Part shown: positions 1 through 13,324 of the stretch, in pieces | How positions within the stretch are numbered: the first letter of the stretch is position 1 | How the letters are laid out: each line of letters opens with the position of its first letter | Assembly: GCF_004010195.1 (NCBI RefSeq) | Contig: NC_057742.1 | Span: 25,334,056-25,398,055, forward strand | Direction: 5' to 3' | Length of the DNA: 64,000 nt | Source: Chiloscyllium plagiosum | Lineage: Eukaryota | Program-made: the position numbers and the translations under genes | Notes under the pieces: model-generated | What the model was told of the DNA's origin: nothing | Databases searched by the model: none | The model's input: the letters and a program-made list of their open reading frames with translations, nothing else

Positions 1-554
1 TATTTGAAAGATGAAGTGTCAGACATAGGGAGCAATATTGCTCACCAGTAGCATTGCAACCTGAATAAACCCTTTTGATATCAATTGAAAACTCCATCAC
101 TCTGATCAGAGGACTATTCCTGATACTGTATTACTCACTGCATTTTTTTTCTCAAAGATGTTGTGAAAACATCTTTTGAACCTGTAGCATATCGATGGAA
201 TTTTCCCCATGTGGCAAGAATAATGGCAAATGCAAGAGTGGAAAAATCAGATTCTCGGCATCAAGAAAATCTCACCCAATTTTGATCTCAAGTTTGAGAG
301 AATGAGTTGAGAATCTTTCCCTCTGGCTCATTCCTGTGAATGCTTACCCCAGCTCTCCGTATTAACATCACACTTCCAATTTTCCTTTCGATCATTGAGA
401 AACATGACAACACAAGAGCATGACAGGTTAAACAGGCGGGTTCTGGTGACTTGACTGGTCAGTGTCCATTGCATCTCCTGGAATGGCTGTGCCATCCATC
501 TAGTTTAGACAATCACACCATAATAAATGGAAAGAGAAGTAGGCCATTCAACCT

Positions 555-1410
555 CTCTATGAGCAGCATCGGCTACATTGGGGAGATGAGATGCAGACTG
601 GCTGATCACTTTGAGGAACTCCTATTTTCTGTCCATAAAGAGGATCCCAAGCTTCTAGTTGCCTGCCACTTCATCATACCATAATGTTCCATGGCCAATA
701 TTTCTGTCTTGGGCTTGTTGAAGTATCCCCGTGAGGTTCAATACAAGCTAAAGGAACAACATCTCATTTTTAGCTTGGGTAACTTGCAGCCTTGGAGATT
801 CAGCATCAAATTCAATCATTTTAGAACTTCAACACCTCCTTCCATGTCTTTTATTCACACCATCCAGACCCCATCATGATATGAGTTGCTTTCAGCATGG
901 CTACCCCATGTTCACCCATTATCGCCTATCTAGTTTTTCTTCTTCCCTGGCTTACTATTAACAATCCCTTTGTCTGACTAACATTTCCCCCTCTCTACTC
1001 ACTTCTTTCTGCCCCCATCCCTGTCATCAAATCCCAACAGTGGGGAAGGAGACCATTCAGCTGATCAAGTCCACACTGACCCTCCAAAGAGCTTTCTACC
1101 CAGACCCACAGTATATCCGCATGGCCAATCCACTTAGCCTGAATATCTATGGACACTGTTGGACAATTCAGCATCTTTGGACTGTGGGAGGAAACCCATG
1201 CAGACACAGGGAGAATGGGCAAATTCCACACAGTCATCCAAGGCTGAAATTGAATCTGGATCCCTAGCACTGTGAGGCAGCAGTATTAACCACTGAGCAA
1301 CCATGCCATTCTTGTAACAATATATCATTTTCCTAGCTGCTATCAGTTCTGAAGAAGGATCAATTAATTCTGTTTCTCACTTGACGGATGCTGCCAGACC
1401 TGTGTTTGTT
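555..1410 (+). mobile_element. Penelope-like element 3' fragment (degenerate GIY-YIG endonuclease plus tail), interrupted by a SINE
   Basis: ORFs 451-684 and 691-879 read YIGEMRCRLADHF..LVACHF and KLKEQHLIFSLGNLQP..IKFNHF, typical of a PLE GIY-YIG C-terminus. Tail motif TCTGAAGAAGGATCA...GATGCTGCCAGACCTG at ~1348-1401. Confidence 0.75.
1030..1310 (-). mobile_element. HE1-type tRNA-derived SINE
   Basis: Reverse strand begins GGTTGCTCAGTGGTTAATACTGCTGCCTCACAG (A-box-like head). Body matches the other copies in the window. Confidence 0.85.
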
Positions 1411-1984
1411 ATCAGTAGGTCAGTCAGGGGCTACTGAGAGATCATTCTTGGATGGTGGCAGTGCTAAGTTAGTGCTGTCCTGCCAAGTTATTCCAGGTAT
1501 GGATCAAGGTCAGTCATGAGCGGGGAGGTAGATTTGCTTACTAATTGTCAGTGGGCTTATTGGGGGTAACCCATGGCATCCTGGGGAAAGTGGGCACATC
1601 ACCTCTAGGGTTGGACCACCTTCTGCTGAGTCACTGATGGAATGGTCATGGTTAGAAAAGGGCAATGTTGGTTTATCAGACGGACCTCATAGCAAATGGG
1701 AGGGGACTGGGAGCTGCCAAAGGTGGGTCAGAGTCACACAGGCTCCAGTCACTCTGCCATTGAAATAGAGAAGCTGTATGACCAACAAGGTAGAGGGATA
1801 TCCAGAGTCACGGGTTTTGGGAGTAAATTGGACAAATTGATCGTAATGTAAAGGGTCTCAAATGAAACAGGAGCAGGCTGAAATGTCATTGGGAATCAGA
1901 GTCAGCATCATAGAGGGACCTTGAAGAATGACGGTGAGATTTGTGTCATAGATAAAGCCTGCAAATTACTCAGATGTAGGGAGG

Positions 1985-2292
1985 TAATGGCATGATGTTT
2001 AAGACACTGGGTTAGTAACCTAAAACCTCAGGCCAATGTTTTAGGGATATGGGTTCAAATCCCACCACTACAGTTAGTGACATTTTAATTCATCAAGAGC
2101 TGGCATAATGTCAACTATGCAACCACTGTCCTTTAAAGGAAGGAAATCTGTCTTCCTCACCTAGTCTGGCCGACACGTGATTCCAGATCCACAGCAATAT
2201 GGCTGACTCTTAACTGTTCCCTGGTAGCTAGAGATGGTCAATAAATACTGGCCCAGCCAGTGTTGCCTATGTCAGGTGAATGAATAAAAAAT
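1985..2292 (+). mobile_element. tRNA-derived Deu-domain SINE (SacSINE1-like), diverged
   Basis: GGGTTCAAATCCCACC B-box, then GTCCTTTAAAGGAAGGAAATCTG...CTGGCCGACACGTGATTCCAGATCCACAGCAAT core and an A-rich tail. Family name is from memory of the consensus. Confidence 0.6.
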
Positions 2293-3407
2293 AAATTTGT
2301 AAAACTGAAATTTTATCAGATCAGATTGAACGTCCACTGCTAGATAAACTCACAAAATGACTGCGACCACATGTAAAGTGGATGGAGTAAGTTACCAACT
2401 TTGACTGTTGACACCCTACAAAGGACAATTACAAGAATGATGCCTTCACTGATGAAGCAATACCAGCCATTTAACTTCAATTTTCACCTCATCTGGAGGT
2501 CAGCAATTGTCAAGATGATTGCAGGTAACAAGTTATGTCCTCAGAAAATCATGCAAATGACATTGTACAATTTGATTTCCTCCTTGGTATGTAACCTCAG
2601 CAAGTCATATTATGACAAGGAACTCAAAAAGCATGATCTGTTGTTCCCTTTTGGCAATAGCATTCCATAACAAGTATTGAAAGATCACACATCGCAGCTG
2701 CCATCACCTCACCCTGAAAAAGACATGGTCTCTGATGTGGAAGCAATTTATTTTCACGCAGGGGATACTTCATGGTGGCTTCCAGCCAGAAGTCAACTCC
2801 CAATAGAGCATAGACTCTTGGGGTGTCTACCATCCAATTGGTTAAGATCAAAAACCTTGGATATGCCTCCATATCAAGTTATAATGATGACTTTGTTGGA
2901 AAGCTTCCTAGCCACACAATGTGAAGACATAAAATTTGATTTGATTGCTGAAAATGTGACACCTCAATCATTCCTTCAATAATACTTTGTGATCTCTTTG
3001 ATCACCTCTACAGATTATCTGCCATGGAGCAGAAAAGGCTAATATGTTTCCTGTGGTCCTCATCTTAACAAGGAGGCAACTGAGAGGATAGAGCAATCAC
3101 AAAGTTTTCGATAAACTCAGCAAGTGCAGCCAGCTCTGTGACTCATGCTCAGCTTCCAGAGGCTGAAGCAGCCAAACGTTCACGAGAATGTTCAGGCAAA
3201 CAGTAAGACCCAGAGTTTCATTGGCTTTGTTGCTATTATTTTCAAGTGTCTGAAAGCAATTCTGGCAATAATTAAGAATGTCCTGGTCCCATCGTCTCTG
3301 AACTATGTCATCAACTGGTTGAGGAGTTGTGCTCCTAAGGACTGGTAACCCTCCCATCTTGAAGGCTATTAATTTCATAGCTGCCAATAACTTATCTGCT
3401 AGAAATT

Positions 3408-3520
3408 TCATAGAATCCCTAGAGTGTGGAAACAGGGCATTTGGACCAACAAGTCCACACTGACCCTCCAAAGAGTATCCCACCCAAACCCATTCCCCTA
3501 CCTTATTACTCTACATTTGC
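3408..3520 (-). mobile_element. HE1-type SINE 3' fragment
   Basis: AGTGTGGAAACAGGGCATTTGGACCAACAAGTCCACACTGACCC tail, inserted in the Harbinger fossil. Confidence 0.8.
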
Positions 3521-4082
3521 TTTGTTTCAGGAAATAACTGGAAACCTCTGTGGTACCTCTCAATCCTTCAGTCATAACTACAACAAGGTGTTTCTGATGT
3601 TATTTTCACTAAGGCACACCTCATTATATCCTTCCTCCTTAACAATGATAGTCACACAGCTAGGGCATTAAGATTCCCCAGCAATGTTCCCCAAGGTGTA
3701 GGGAATTATCGACTATGCACTCATGAAGCAATGTAGGAACAAATCAGTGGTGTATGTAAAGAAGAAAGGATTTGACTCTATTAATATACTAATAGTTGTG
3801 ACCATTGCAGGTAAATTTGGAGATCCATGCCAAATGTCTTGGGAGCTGTCCTGACTTGTCGAGATGAGCAGACTCATTGGTGCCTGCCTTTTGCCAAGGC
3901 CCTCAATCCATATAGGGATGACTGCAGGAGAAAAAGGATAGTGCTTCCAAATGTGATTTGTGACATCATTTGGAAACCCACAAAATGAAGATGCAACTCT
4001 CTTCACTCTGCTCCAGGGCCATCGTGGAACAGACCATAGACGTCCTGCAGATGAAGTCTCAATCCCAGAATCATTGCAGATG

Positions 4083-4370
4083 TGGGTGGCTCAGTGGTTA
4101 GCACTGCTACCTCACAGCACCAGGGTCCCCGGTTCAATTCCAGCCTTGGACGACTGTGTGGAGTTTGCACATTCTCCCCGTGTCTGCGTGGGGTTCCGCT
4201 GGGTGCTCCGGTTTCCTCCCACAGTCCAAAGATGTTCAGGTTAGGTAAATTGGCCGTGCTAAATTGTCCATAGTCAGAAGGAAATGAGTCTGGGTGGGTT
4301 ACTCTTCGGAGGGTTGGTGTACAGTGGTTGGGCCGAAGGGCCTGTTTCCACACCGTAGGGAATCTGATCT
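4083..4370 (+). mobile_element. HE1-type SINE
   Basis: GGTGGCTCAGTGGTTAGCACTGCT head, GGTTCAATTCC B-box and GGGCCGAAGGGCCTGTTTCC tail. Confidence 0.9.
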
Positions 4371-5648
4371 GTTCAGATCATGTCCTTGCTGTATAATCTG
4401 CAAATGATGTGCCACATAAATATAGAATGCTGTGCCCTCCACAACTGGAGTAAACAACGTTTGGTTGGGGGGTGGAGTGGGAAATGAAGAATCAAGATCT
4501 TCTGAGGTTGAAGATGAGGTAGACAATCAGATCACTAACCAGAAGTTCCATCCATAAGAGCAGGACAGAGCAATATATTGCAGAATCTGAAAGGCAAGGC
4601 ACAACCTTACAACCATCGGTTTTCAAGATGCCTGAGCTGGCTTCAGACTTTGTTTGACAGTTAGTGAACCTGTTGATCTGCTTAGTGCAAATGACATGCT
4701 GAAATTGTTATTTTGCAATTCTTCACTGTTTGTATTATAGAATAAATGATTTGTTATCCATATTAATATGGGATTGATCCTTTCAGCTAATCATACTTTA
4801 AGGTAGTGGCATATAACCTGGCTGACATCAGTGCTAGGGATAAAGTAATAGTGGCACACTTACAGTACATGACACTAACGTTATGCAGCTCTGAATCCAC
4901 CCATGAGGTTGAGTGAAGTGACATGTTGTGCAGTTCGTCATGAGAGCCGCTGGGTTGACAGGAATCCTGAGGAACCTCTTTTTGGTGTTTTCTTGATGTT
5001 AAATTCTGCAACAATTCAAAATACATAGAGTTGCCTTGAACTGATTCAGCAATTGCATGACAGGATTTGACTTGTGCTTTGTGCAGTTTTTCGCAACTGA
5101 TCAGTGCTGAGAAACAATGGGTGAATGAGCTGCACTTTGAACATCTCCCAGTCTTGAACGTCAGTGTGCTTTTGAAAAAGGATGTTGAAAAAAATATGTT
5201 GGAGCAATCTTTCCCTCCAGAGATGCATGGAATTATTACTGATTTCACACTCTCACTCAAAGCATGGATATGAATGTGCAGTGATGTGTGCAGATCAGAC
5301 TGGCGCACATTTGCTTGTCATTACCTTTAGCCTCAATGTCACACACATTAAAGTGCAGCTCATTGTTGTGGCCCTCGAAGTTAAGGTTCAAGAATCTCTG
5401 TTGTCAAAGGCTAGCTACAGTGAAATGCTCAGTTGAATATGAGAGATGAGCAATGCTTGTTAATTACAATGTTTGTAGACTTGGATTGTATGAAAAGGCA
5501 CCTCATCTCTCTCACAGGGTTAACTTAACCAGGTCATGACTCACAGAGATAACACACTGAAAATCAAGCCCACTGTTCTTGAAGTTTTCATAAATGAGAA
5601 AAGACTTAATGAAACCATCCAAATATTGCTGATTGACAAACACAGATT

Positions 5649-6006
5649 AATCAGATTTCAATATTTAACATGAAATGGCTATTTATTGCAAACAGATTAT
5701 TTTTAATCAATGACAGACCAGAAATGGATTGCACACTTATAGCTTTTGATAACTCTACCCCTGTTCTAATAAAATTCCCATTAACATACAAACAGGCACA
5801 CAAGAAAAGACACAAATACCTGTATTTTGATGAGAGAGGAAACAAAAAAGTTGGTGAAACATAGTTTTGGCACCAGTCCAGATTACAGATATTGATGAGA
5901 TGTTTTTTCTTCAGTGACCTTCAATATTCTTTTTGACGTTTTGCTGAGCATGTGAGATTGTGGACATACCAATTCTCATTCTTTCATTCACCAGTTGCAA
6001 ATTGAC
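5649..6006. repeat. Left arm of ~355 bp inverted duplication (partner 8779-9131)
   Basis: The reverse complement aligns along its length with 8779-9131, e.g. CACAAATACCTGTATTTTGATGAGAGAGGAAAC vs GTTTCCTCTCTCATCAAAATACAGGTATTTGTG. Confidence 0.9.
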
Positions 6007-6224
6007 TTGTGGAAATTGACCTTAACAGGTTAATAATTTTATTTTTTTTCAAGGGTGATTGGCTGACCCAACAATTAGCATATCCAACTTTACATTTGCT
6101 CTCACCTTAGCCTGCCCACCCAAAAATAACACCGTCCCAGTCCTCATGAAATTGCAAAAGGGATGGGATAATAACAGGGGAGCTACTGAAAGGGGTGCAG
6201 ATTGAGGACTGAGTTGAGGAGGAA

Positions 6225-6450
6225 CATCTTCACCCAAAGAGTTTTGAATCTATGGAATTCCCTACCCAGTGAAGCAGTTGAGGCTATCTCCTTGAATGTT
6301 TTTAAGACAAAATTAGATTTTTGAACAGGTAAAGGCATTAAGGGTGATGGTGAGTGGGTGGTACGTGGAGCTAAGTCCATTATCTTATTGAATGGTGGAG
6401 CAGGCTCAATAGGCCAGATGCCGTACTCCTTGTCCAATTTCTTATGTGCT
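6225..6450 (+). mobile_element. CR1 LINE 3' end
   Basis: TTCACCCAAAGAGTTTTGAATCTATGGAATTCCCTACCC (FTQRVxNLWN) followed by the TTGAATGGTGGAGCAGGCTC tail. Confidence 0.8.
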
Positions 6451-7099
6451 TTCCGCAAGCTATTGGTGAGAAATTAAAGGCCTTTTTTGCCTCCTGGCCA
6501 ATGAAAATTTAGCCCGTGAACTGTTTCTGTCTCCACAGCTGTTATTAATGGCATTTTCTATTTTCGTTTCAGACTTTAGTGTTCGTAGTATTTTGCTATT
6601 ATACCAAACATCTTCAGGATTGCAGTTCAGTAATCAATAAACCTAGCAGAATGCTGAGCTGTATTGACAGATAGTTTCAACAAGATTGTCTTAAACCTAT
6701 GCTCGACCACTGGGTTGCATTTTAGACCCTGCAGTCAATTCTTATCAAGAGAACACAAGGGAAATATTCAGCCTTGTGGAGTGAAGGGCTGGAAACTGAT
6801 TTGTATTAGTTCAGATTTGAGTCAGCGTGAAGTCTAGAAAATCTCACTCTCTGAATAGAGAGAGAAAATGAAGGAAGGGGGACCATACAGAACTAAAACT
6901 AAAAATACTAAGCCGAATATAGAAAATAAATCTGGGGGTTTAAATCAAAACTGCTAACTATATAGCAAAGATATATAAGGCCTGAATTTTCCTACCAGTC
7001 ACTTTGGACTTGGTGGCTGCAGTGTGCTCTTGAATTGTAAATCTAGCAATGGGTGCTCAGTGTAAATGACAAGGCAACAGGGGAACAAGGGTCCTCAAC

Positions 7100-7520
7100 A
7101 AAGGTCTTACAAGGAAAGGCTGAGGGAACTGAGGCTGTTTTCATTGAAGGGAAGAAGGTTGAGAGGTGACTTATTCAAGACGTATAAGATAATCAAAGGG
7201 TTGGATAAAGTGGACAGTGAGAGCCATTTTCCTCGGATGGAGAAGACTAACACGAGGGGACATAGCTTTAAATTGAGGGGTGATAGATTTAGGACCAAAT
7301 ATCAGGGGTGGTTTCTTTGCTCAGAGAGTATTAGGGGCCTGGAACAGCCTGCCTGCAATAGTAGTAGACTCGCTGTTAAGGGCATTCAAATGGGCAATGG
7401 ACAGCCATATGGATAATAATGGAATGGCATAGGTTAGATGGGCATCAGATTAATTTCACAGGTCGGGCGCAACATCGACAGCTGAAGGGCCTGCACTGTG
7501 CTGTAATGTTCTATGTTCTT
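7100..7520 (+). mobile_element. CR1 LINE 3' end
   Basis: SYKERLRELRLFSLKGRRLRGDL..TRGHSFKL (CR1 ORF2 C-terminus), with a CTGTAATGTTCTATGTTCT tail. Confidence 0.9.
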
Positions 7521-8382
7521 AACCTCGTTCCAGTTGTCTGTTCCTCTAAGGGAGTCAAAATGGTGCCAGCTGACACCCACAAAGAGGATGTCTGTGCTTC
7601 TCTCTGTGAAGCTTCTTCCCAGTACATACCAAGGGTTCTCCATTCCTCCAATCCCTCTTGCCTGAGATCCCAAAGCCTGAAGCAGTTCAACACCAGAAGA
7701 GTGAATCTGCATTCGGGTAGGAAACAGCAGGTTCTCTAGATCCAAAGGCACCAGGAGACACCCACCCAAGTCTTCAAAGCCAACAGAGTCAAACACAGAG
7801 CAGGATCCCTCCAGCCCAGCTACAAGCATCTAGACATGATAGGAGAAGAAGCAAACACACTGAGAGCACAGAGTTGGCATGACTGCTAGATCATTGTACA
7901 TAACTATCATCTTTGTCAATATATTTTCACTTGCACTGATACAATGTAAGATGTGGTATTCTTTTTCAATAGTGTACAGGCTACCTCTTAAAATTTTTGA
8001 AACTGTGAACTTAAAATGGGAAAATATACAACTTAAAACCAAGGGACAGTGGAAGATTTTTTAAAAATACAGTTACCACCACTCCTCACATGTTGTATCT
8101 GCAAGTTTCCCTTATTCTAGCAATCGGGGAGGAAACTATTCACCTTGGGACCATGGGTGTGTGTCCAGGGGCAGTTTATTTCAGCGACAGACTTTTGATT
8201 GATTTTTCAGCCACAATGTGTGTGTGTGTTCCTGAGTAGTCAGATTGGTAATAGCTTCATGATTGGGTTCTGGACAAGTGGCTGCAGCTTTGTGTTCGGA
8301 CAATAAAGCAGAGACAGCCTGTGAAGGAGAAAATATTTCCACCTTCTTAGAGTGGTGAAGTAATTAGATTAGATTCCCTATA

Positions 8383-8679
8383 GTGTGGAAACAGGCCCTT
8401 TGGCCCAACAAGTCCACACTGACCCTCCAAAGAGTAACCCACCCAGAACCATTCCCCTCTGACTAATGTACCTAACACTATGGGCAATTTAGAATGGCCA
8501 ATTCACCTAACCTGCACATCTTTGGGCTGTGAGAGGAAACTGGAGCACCAGGAGGAAACCCACGCAAGCACAGGGAGAATGTGCAAACTCCACACAGACA
8601 GTTGCCCGAGGCTGGAATTAAACCGGGGACTCTGGTGCTGTGAGGCAGCAGTGCTAACCACTGAGCCACCGTGCCGCCC
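8383..8679 (-). mobile_element. HE1-type SINE
   Basis: Full-length head-to-tail match on the reverse strand with an (AATCT)n-like tail. Confidence 0.9.
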
Positions 8680-8778
8680 CAGTAAGATAGAAGCCCAAAC
8701 AACGAGCCACTGTTCCTCTGCAAATTCATTTCTTGATAGGTAAAGGCAAAAATAAATGATTTAGAGAGACTAAAAAGG

Positions 8779-9131
8779 GTGAATTTGCAACTGGTGAATG
8801 AAAGAATGAGAATTGGTATGCCCACAACCTCCTGTCCTCACCAAGAAGTCAAAATGAATATTGAAGGTTACTGAAGAAAAACATCTCATCAATATCTGTA
8901 ATCTGGACTGGAGCCAAAACTATGCTTCACCAATTTTTTTGTTTCCTCTCTCATCAAAATACAGGTATTTGTGTCTTTTCTTGCGTGCCTGTTTATGGGA
9001 ACTTTGTTAGAACAGGGGTAGAGTTAGGTTTCAAGAGTTATAAGTGAGCAATTCATTTCTGGTCTGCCATTGGTTAAACATAATGCGTTTGCAATAAATA
9101 GCTATTTCATGATAAATACTGAAATCTGGTT
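8779..9131. repeat. Right arm of inverted duplication (partner 5649-6006)
   Basis: See left arm. Confidence 0.9.
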
Positions 9132-9242
9132 ACAGCACGTGAACCCTCAATTTAGGCTGAAACATAGCAAAGGAATGGAGGCAGTCTTACAGCAGAGATC
9201 TTTGATAGTGACAAATACCCTGGAACTCTGTGGGTAGCTCGG

Positions 9243-10590
9243 AAAGTGGTGCCACTATTTAAGAAAGGTGGTAAGGATAAGCCAGGAAACTATAGACTGG
9301 TGACCTTGACATCGGTGGTGGGCAAGTTGTTGGAGGGAATCCTGAGGGACAGGCTGTACATGTATTTGGATAGGCAAGGACTGATCAGACATAGTCAGCA
9401 TGGCTTTGGGCGTGGGAAATTATGTCTCACAAACTTCATTGAGTATTTTGAAGAAGTAACAAAGGGTATTGATGAGAGCAGAGCAGTAGAAGTGATCTAT
9501 ATGGACTTCAGTAAGGCATTCAACAAGGTTCCCCATGGGAAACTGTTTAGCAAGAATACAGGGAGAACTAGCCATTTGGATACTGAACTTGCTCAAAGGT
9601 AGAAAACAGAGGGTGGTGGTGGAGGGTTGCTGTTAAGACTGGTCTCTGTGACCAGTGGAGTGCCACAAGGATCGGTGCTGGGTCCACGATATCCAAAATG
9701 ATTTGGATGCGAGCATAAAAGGTACAGTTAGTAAGTTTGCAGATGACACCAAAATTGGAGGTGTAGTGGACAGTAAAGAAGATTACCTTGGATTACAACA
9801 AGATCTTGATCAGATGGGCCAATGGGCTAAGGAGTGGCAGATGGAGTTTGATGTGAATAAATGCGAGGTGCTTGGAGTGGAGACCTTGGAGTGCAGGTTC
9901 ATAGTTCCTTGAAAGTAGAGTCGCAGGTAGGTAAGATAGTGAAGAAGGCGTTTAGTAGGCTTTCCTTTATTGGTCAAAGTATTGAGTACATGAGTTGGGA
10001 GGTCATGTTGCGGCTGTAAGGGACATTGGTTAGGCCACTTTTAGAATATTGCATGCAATTCTGGTCTCTTTCCTATCGGAAGGATGTTATGAAACTTGAA
10101 GGGGTTCAGAAAAGATTTACAAGTATTTATTTGCCAGGGTTGGAGGAATTGAGCTATAGGGAGAGGTTGAATAGGCTAGGGCTGTTTTCCCTGGAGCCTC
10201 AGAGGCTGAGGGGTGACCTCATAGAGGTTTATAAAATCATGAGGGGCATGGATAAGGTAAATAGACAAGGTCTTTTCCCTGGGGTGTGGGAGACCAGAAC
10301 CAGAGGGCATTGGTTTAGGGTGAGAAGGGAAAGATATAAAAGACAGCTAAGGGGCAGCTTTTTCACACAGAGGGTGGTACGTGTATGGAATGAGCTGCAA
10401 GAGGAAGTGGTGGAGGCTGATACAATTGCACCATTTAAAAGGCATCTGGATGGTTATATGAATGGGAAGAGTTTAGAGTGAAAAGGGCCAGGTGTTGGCA
10501 GGTGTGACTCAATTGGGTTGGGATATCTGGTTGGCATGAATGAGTTGGACTGAAGGGTCTGTTTCCATGCTATACATCTTTATGAATCTA
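9243..10590 (+). mobile_element. HER1/CR1 LINE, 5'-truncated, degenerate reverse transcriptase
   Basis: VPLFKKG..PGNYR, QHGF, YMDFSKAF, SKFADDTK and RPLLEYC..RLRGDLIEVYK motifs, plus the HER1 tail. Confidence 0.95.
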
Positions 10591-13324
10591 AATACACCAA
10601 CTGGAGAACCTTTCTCTGCACCACATCAGGCTGTAGCTGTCCAGAACTTTATTTTCAATTTGACATAATGTCCAGATAATTTCAAATGGTTCATTCATCT
10701 CTCCATCTCTCTCTCTCTCAGCAGCATTGGCAGCTCCCACATTTGACAAGGAGGGGTGCTGTCATTGCTGGAGGACATCCTACTAGCCCTACAGCCTCAA
10801 GACCACTCCTTCCAACCTTAAATGGACAGTAAACATGCACCTTGACCACTAGTTGGCTCTCTCTACAATAAATATGGTGGCGCAGAGTGAGACCTAGAAG
10901 TTCACCCTGGGCTCCTCACCACAGAACAAAAAAATGTAGCCCACAGTTTCAGAGAAAGGACCATTAGTTTCTAGGACGGGTTATTGTGAAGTTCTTTTGA
11001 CAAAACTGTCAAAAGTGCTATATCCACATAAAATATGGATTCATTAATTCTCCTTCTAGACTCCCTCTGCTGGTATATGGTTACTCTGGCAGTGAGGAGT
11101 AAAAAAAAGGGCACAATTCAATCTTTAATGCACAGTCATTGATCTAAAACATTAGGTCTGTTTCTCTCTCCACAGACACTGCCAATATCTGCAGTATTTT
11201 GTTTTTTTTCCCCATTAGACCAAAAATGAGTTTAATATCACTTCCAGATTTTGCCAGCCTTTTACAGAATTGTTACAATGCAAAAGATGGCCATTCAGTC
11301 CATTATTGAAAGAGAGACACCCATTTCTGGTGGCTTTGGATTTGCTTTAGGCAGTGGTTGTCCTGGTCAGATTCAAATTGTGATGGTCTGAATGTAATCT
11401 TGAGTCCATGCAAGATAAGTCAGTTGCATAGGCAGGAGTGTGGCTGTAATAGCGGGTCTGCTTCAGGATGTAGTTGAAGAGCTCAATTCAGCCCATTGCG
11501 TCAGCACTGATTAAGACCAGTAGAAATGAAGTTCGCTGTTTGGTGCATTCAGTTCATTATTGACTGAACACCTAGTCTCCTGACCAAACCCTAACACTGT
11601 GGCATGTAACTGCCTCTGTAGTGATATTAAACCTAGCTAGAAGACAACATATCCTGATATTCAATGCTCAAGTGTGTTGGCTAATTTTTTCAATTTTTTG
11701 GATTTTGACAAGTTTGTTTACATTCTAATGCGTGAGGTGATTTAGTCTGATTTTCTTCCATCTGTTTATCTATTTGAAGTATTCATTTAGCTCTCTAACT
11801 GCAAAGCCATGGCAGTACAGAATTTGGCTTGCATGCACAAGGTTAGGGAATTATTTGGGAATTGATGTTGAGTTCTTCTGATAAAGTAAGCCAACTTTTT
11901 CACTTGATATCAACAGAAGAGCAGATCAGCTTTGAAGTTAAATTGAGTTTAGCTGATATTAAATGTGCCTAGAAACAAGAGTAGAATAAACTCTGTTCCG
12001 CAAAATATGTGGGATCCAATCTAAAGGAAACTTGCATGGGAGTCAAAAAAACATTTTTTAACAAGTAGCCTTCTCAATTTATCAAAAGTGCATGAAGTTG
12101 ATGATTCCAAAGTAAAAGCAAAGTGAGGCAATAAAATCTCTATGAAGTGAGATGATTCATTTGAAAATCTACTGGGTAGGTGCCAATTTCGGTCCTTGGC
12201 CTGTGCTGAATTAGCAATTGGCTCAGCGACCAGTTGTAATTGTTGGCAGATTATATTTGGTTTCCATGCTTCAGGGCGGGTAAAGTGTAAATTAGCTGTC
12301 TACTGGCTGCTATTTCTCACTGGAAATATATGTGTGGATGTCAGGTGAGAGCAGAGTCTGTCACAACTTGTGAGCTCACAAATTCATCTTGAAAATACCC
12401 AATTTTGCAAGCCTGCTGATTGGAAAAATATCAGACCACTCAGTCTACAGATCTATTTCATTGGAACTGAGGATGCAGGGTCAACATTCACAACTTGACA
12501 AACATCTCAAAAGCTACTGTACTGCAATCTCTCCAGTCTAGAATGCTTTTCTGGATTTTGGAGTTTACAGGATTATGGAATAATATTAAAACTAACCATA
12601 ACTGTCTGAACCAGAAAACTTTATCAATATAAACATTTAACTGAAACATCAAACTGAGTAATAAAAATGATTTTATTTGTCTAAACATTGTTTAGACAGT
12701 GTAAACACAGAAGTCAAGTGGCAAGTTACACCCATTTACTCAAATATATACTGGACAACTGGTGAACAGAAGAGATTGAGTGTATTGTGTTGTAAGGACA
12801 CAAACTAGCAATGGCAGCTTGCTATTGAGAACAGAAATACAGAATGTTTCATTGCATTACCCATCCCTCCAACCAACCAATGAACAAATCCTGACATGCC
12901 AATCTCCTTGGCACATCGCCCAAGGCAACTAGAATGCAGACATTTTGAGCCAGATACTCCCTGTAGATTTCTGAACCCTGCAACTGGACTGAAATGTTTT
13001 TAAGAAACTCACAATCAGTGGAAAGCAGTCATTCATTGGGATTTTCACCAGGGCAGCCAATTAACCATCAGAAAGCAGGAGCATCACTCTTGAATTTGAT
13101 AGGCCAAGCTGAAAGATTGCAGAATCTGAGGAACAGTAGGTTGCAATGGATAGTAAGTTACTTCCAAATAGAGGCACCCTCACTCCAAACCTCTTAAATA
13201 CTAACTAAAAATTGGACTAAACAGCTAAGCACCATTGTAATGGTGGTTTAGATAGCCTGTTCCTCTGCTACTCTACTTAGGCAGACAGGGAGGGAGTGTC
13301 TCTAAGTCTGCCTTGAGCTTCTGC

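Larger units (their letters stand above)
3150..4520 (+). pseudogene. PIF/Harbinger DDE transposase fossil (HARBI1-like), split by two SINE insertions
   Basis: Manual translation across frameshifts gives, in canonical order: LFQEITGNLCGTSQS, FPKV*GIIDYA, VYVKKKGFDSINI, IHAKCLGSCPD, GEKG*CFQM*FVTSFGNPQNE, SRAIVEQTIDVLQMK and ECCALHN. These match Harbinger motifs (GAIDCTH, NRKGFHSINVQ, PGSxHD, GDxGYP, IERTIGxLKxRF, CCxLHN). Confidence 0.85.

Noticed and set aside
2401-2982. Consecutive plus-strand ORFs of 89 and 101 aa
   Set aside because: No motif recognised. Possibly decayed transposon DNA, but unsupported.
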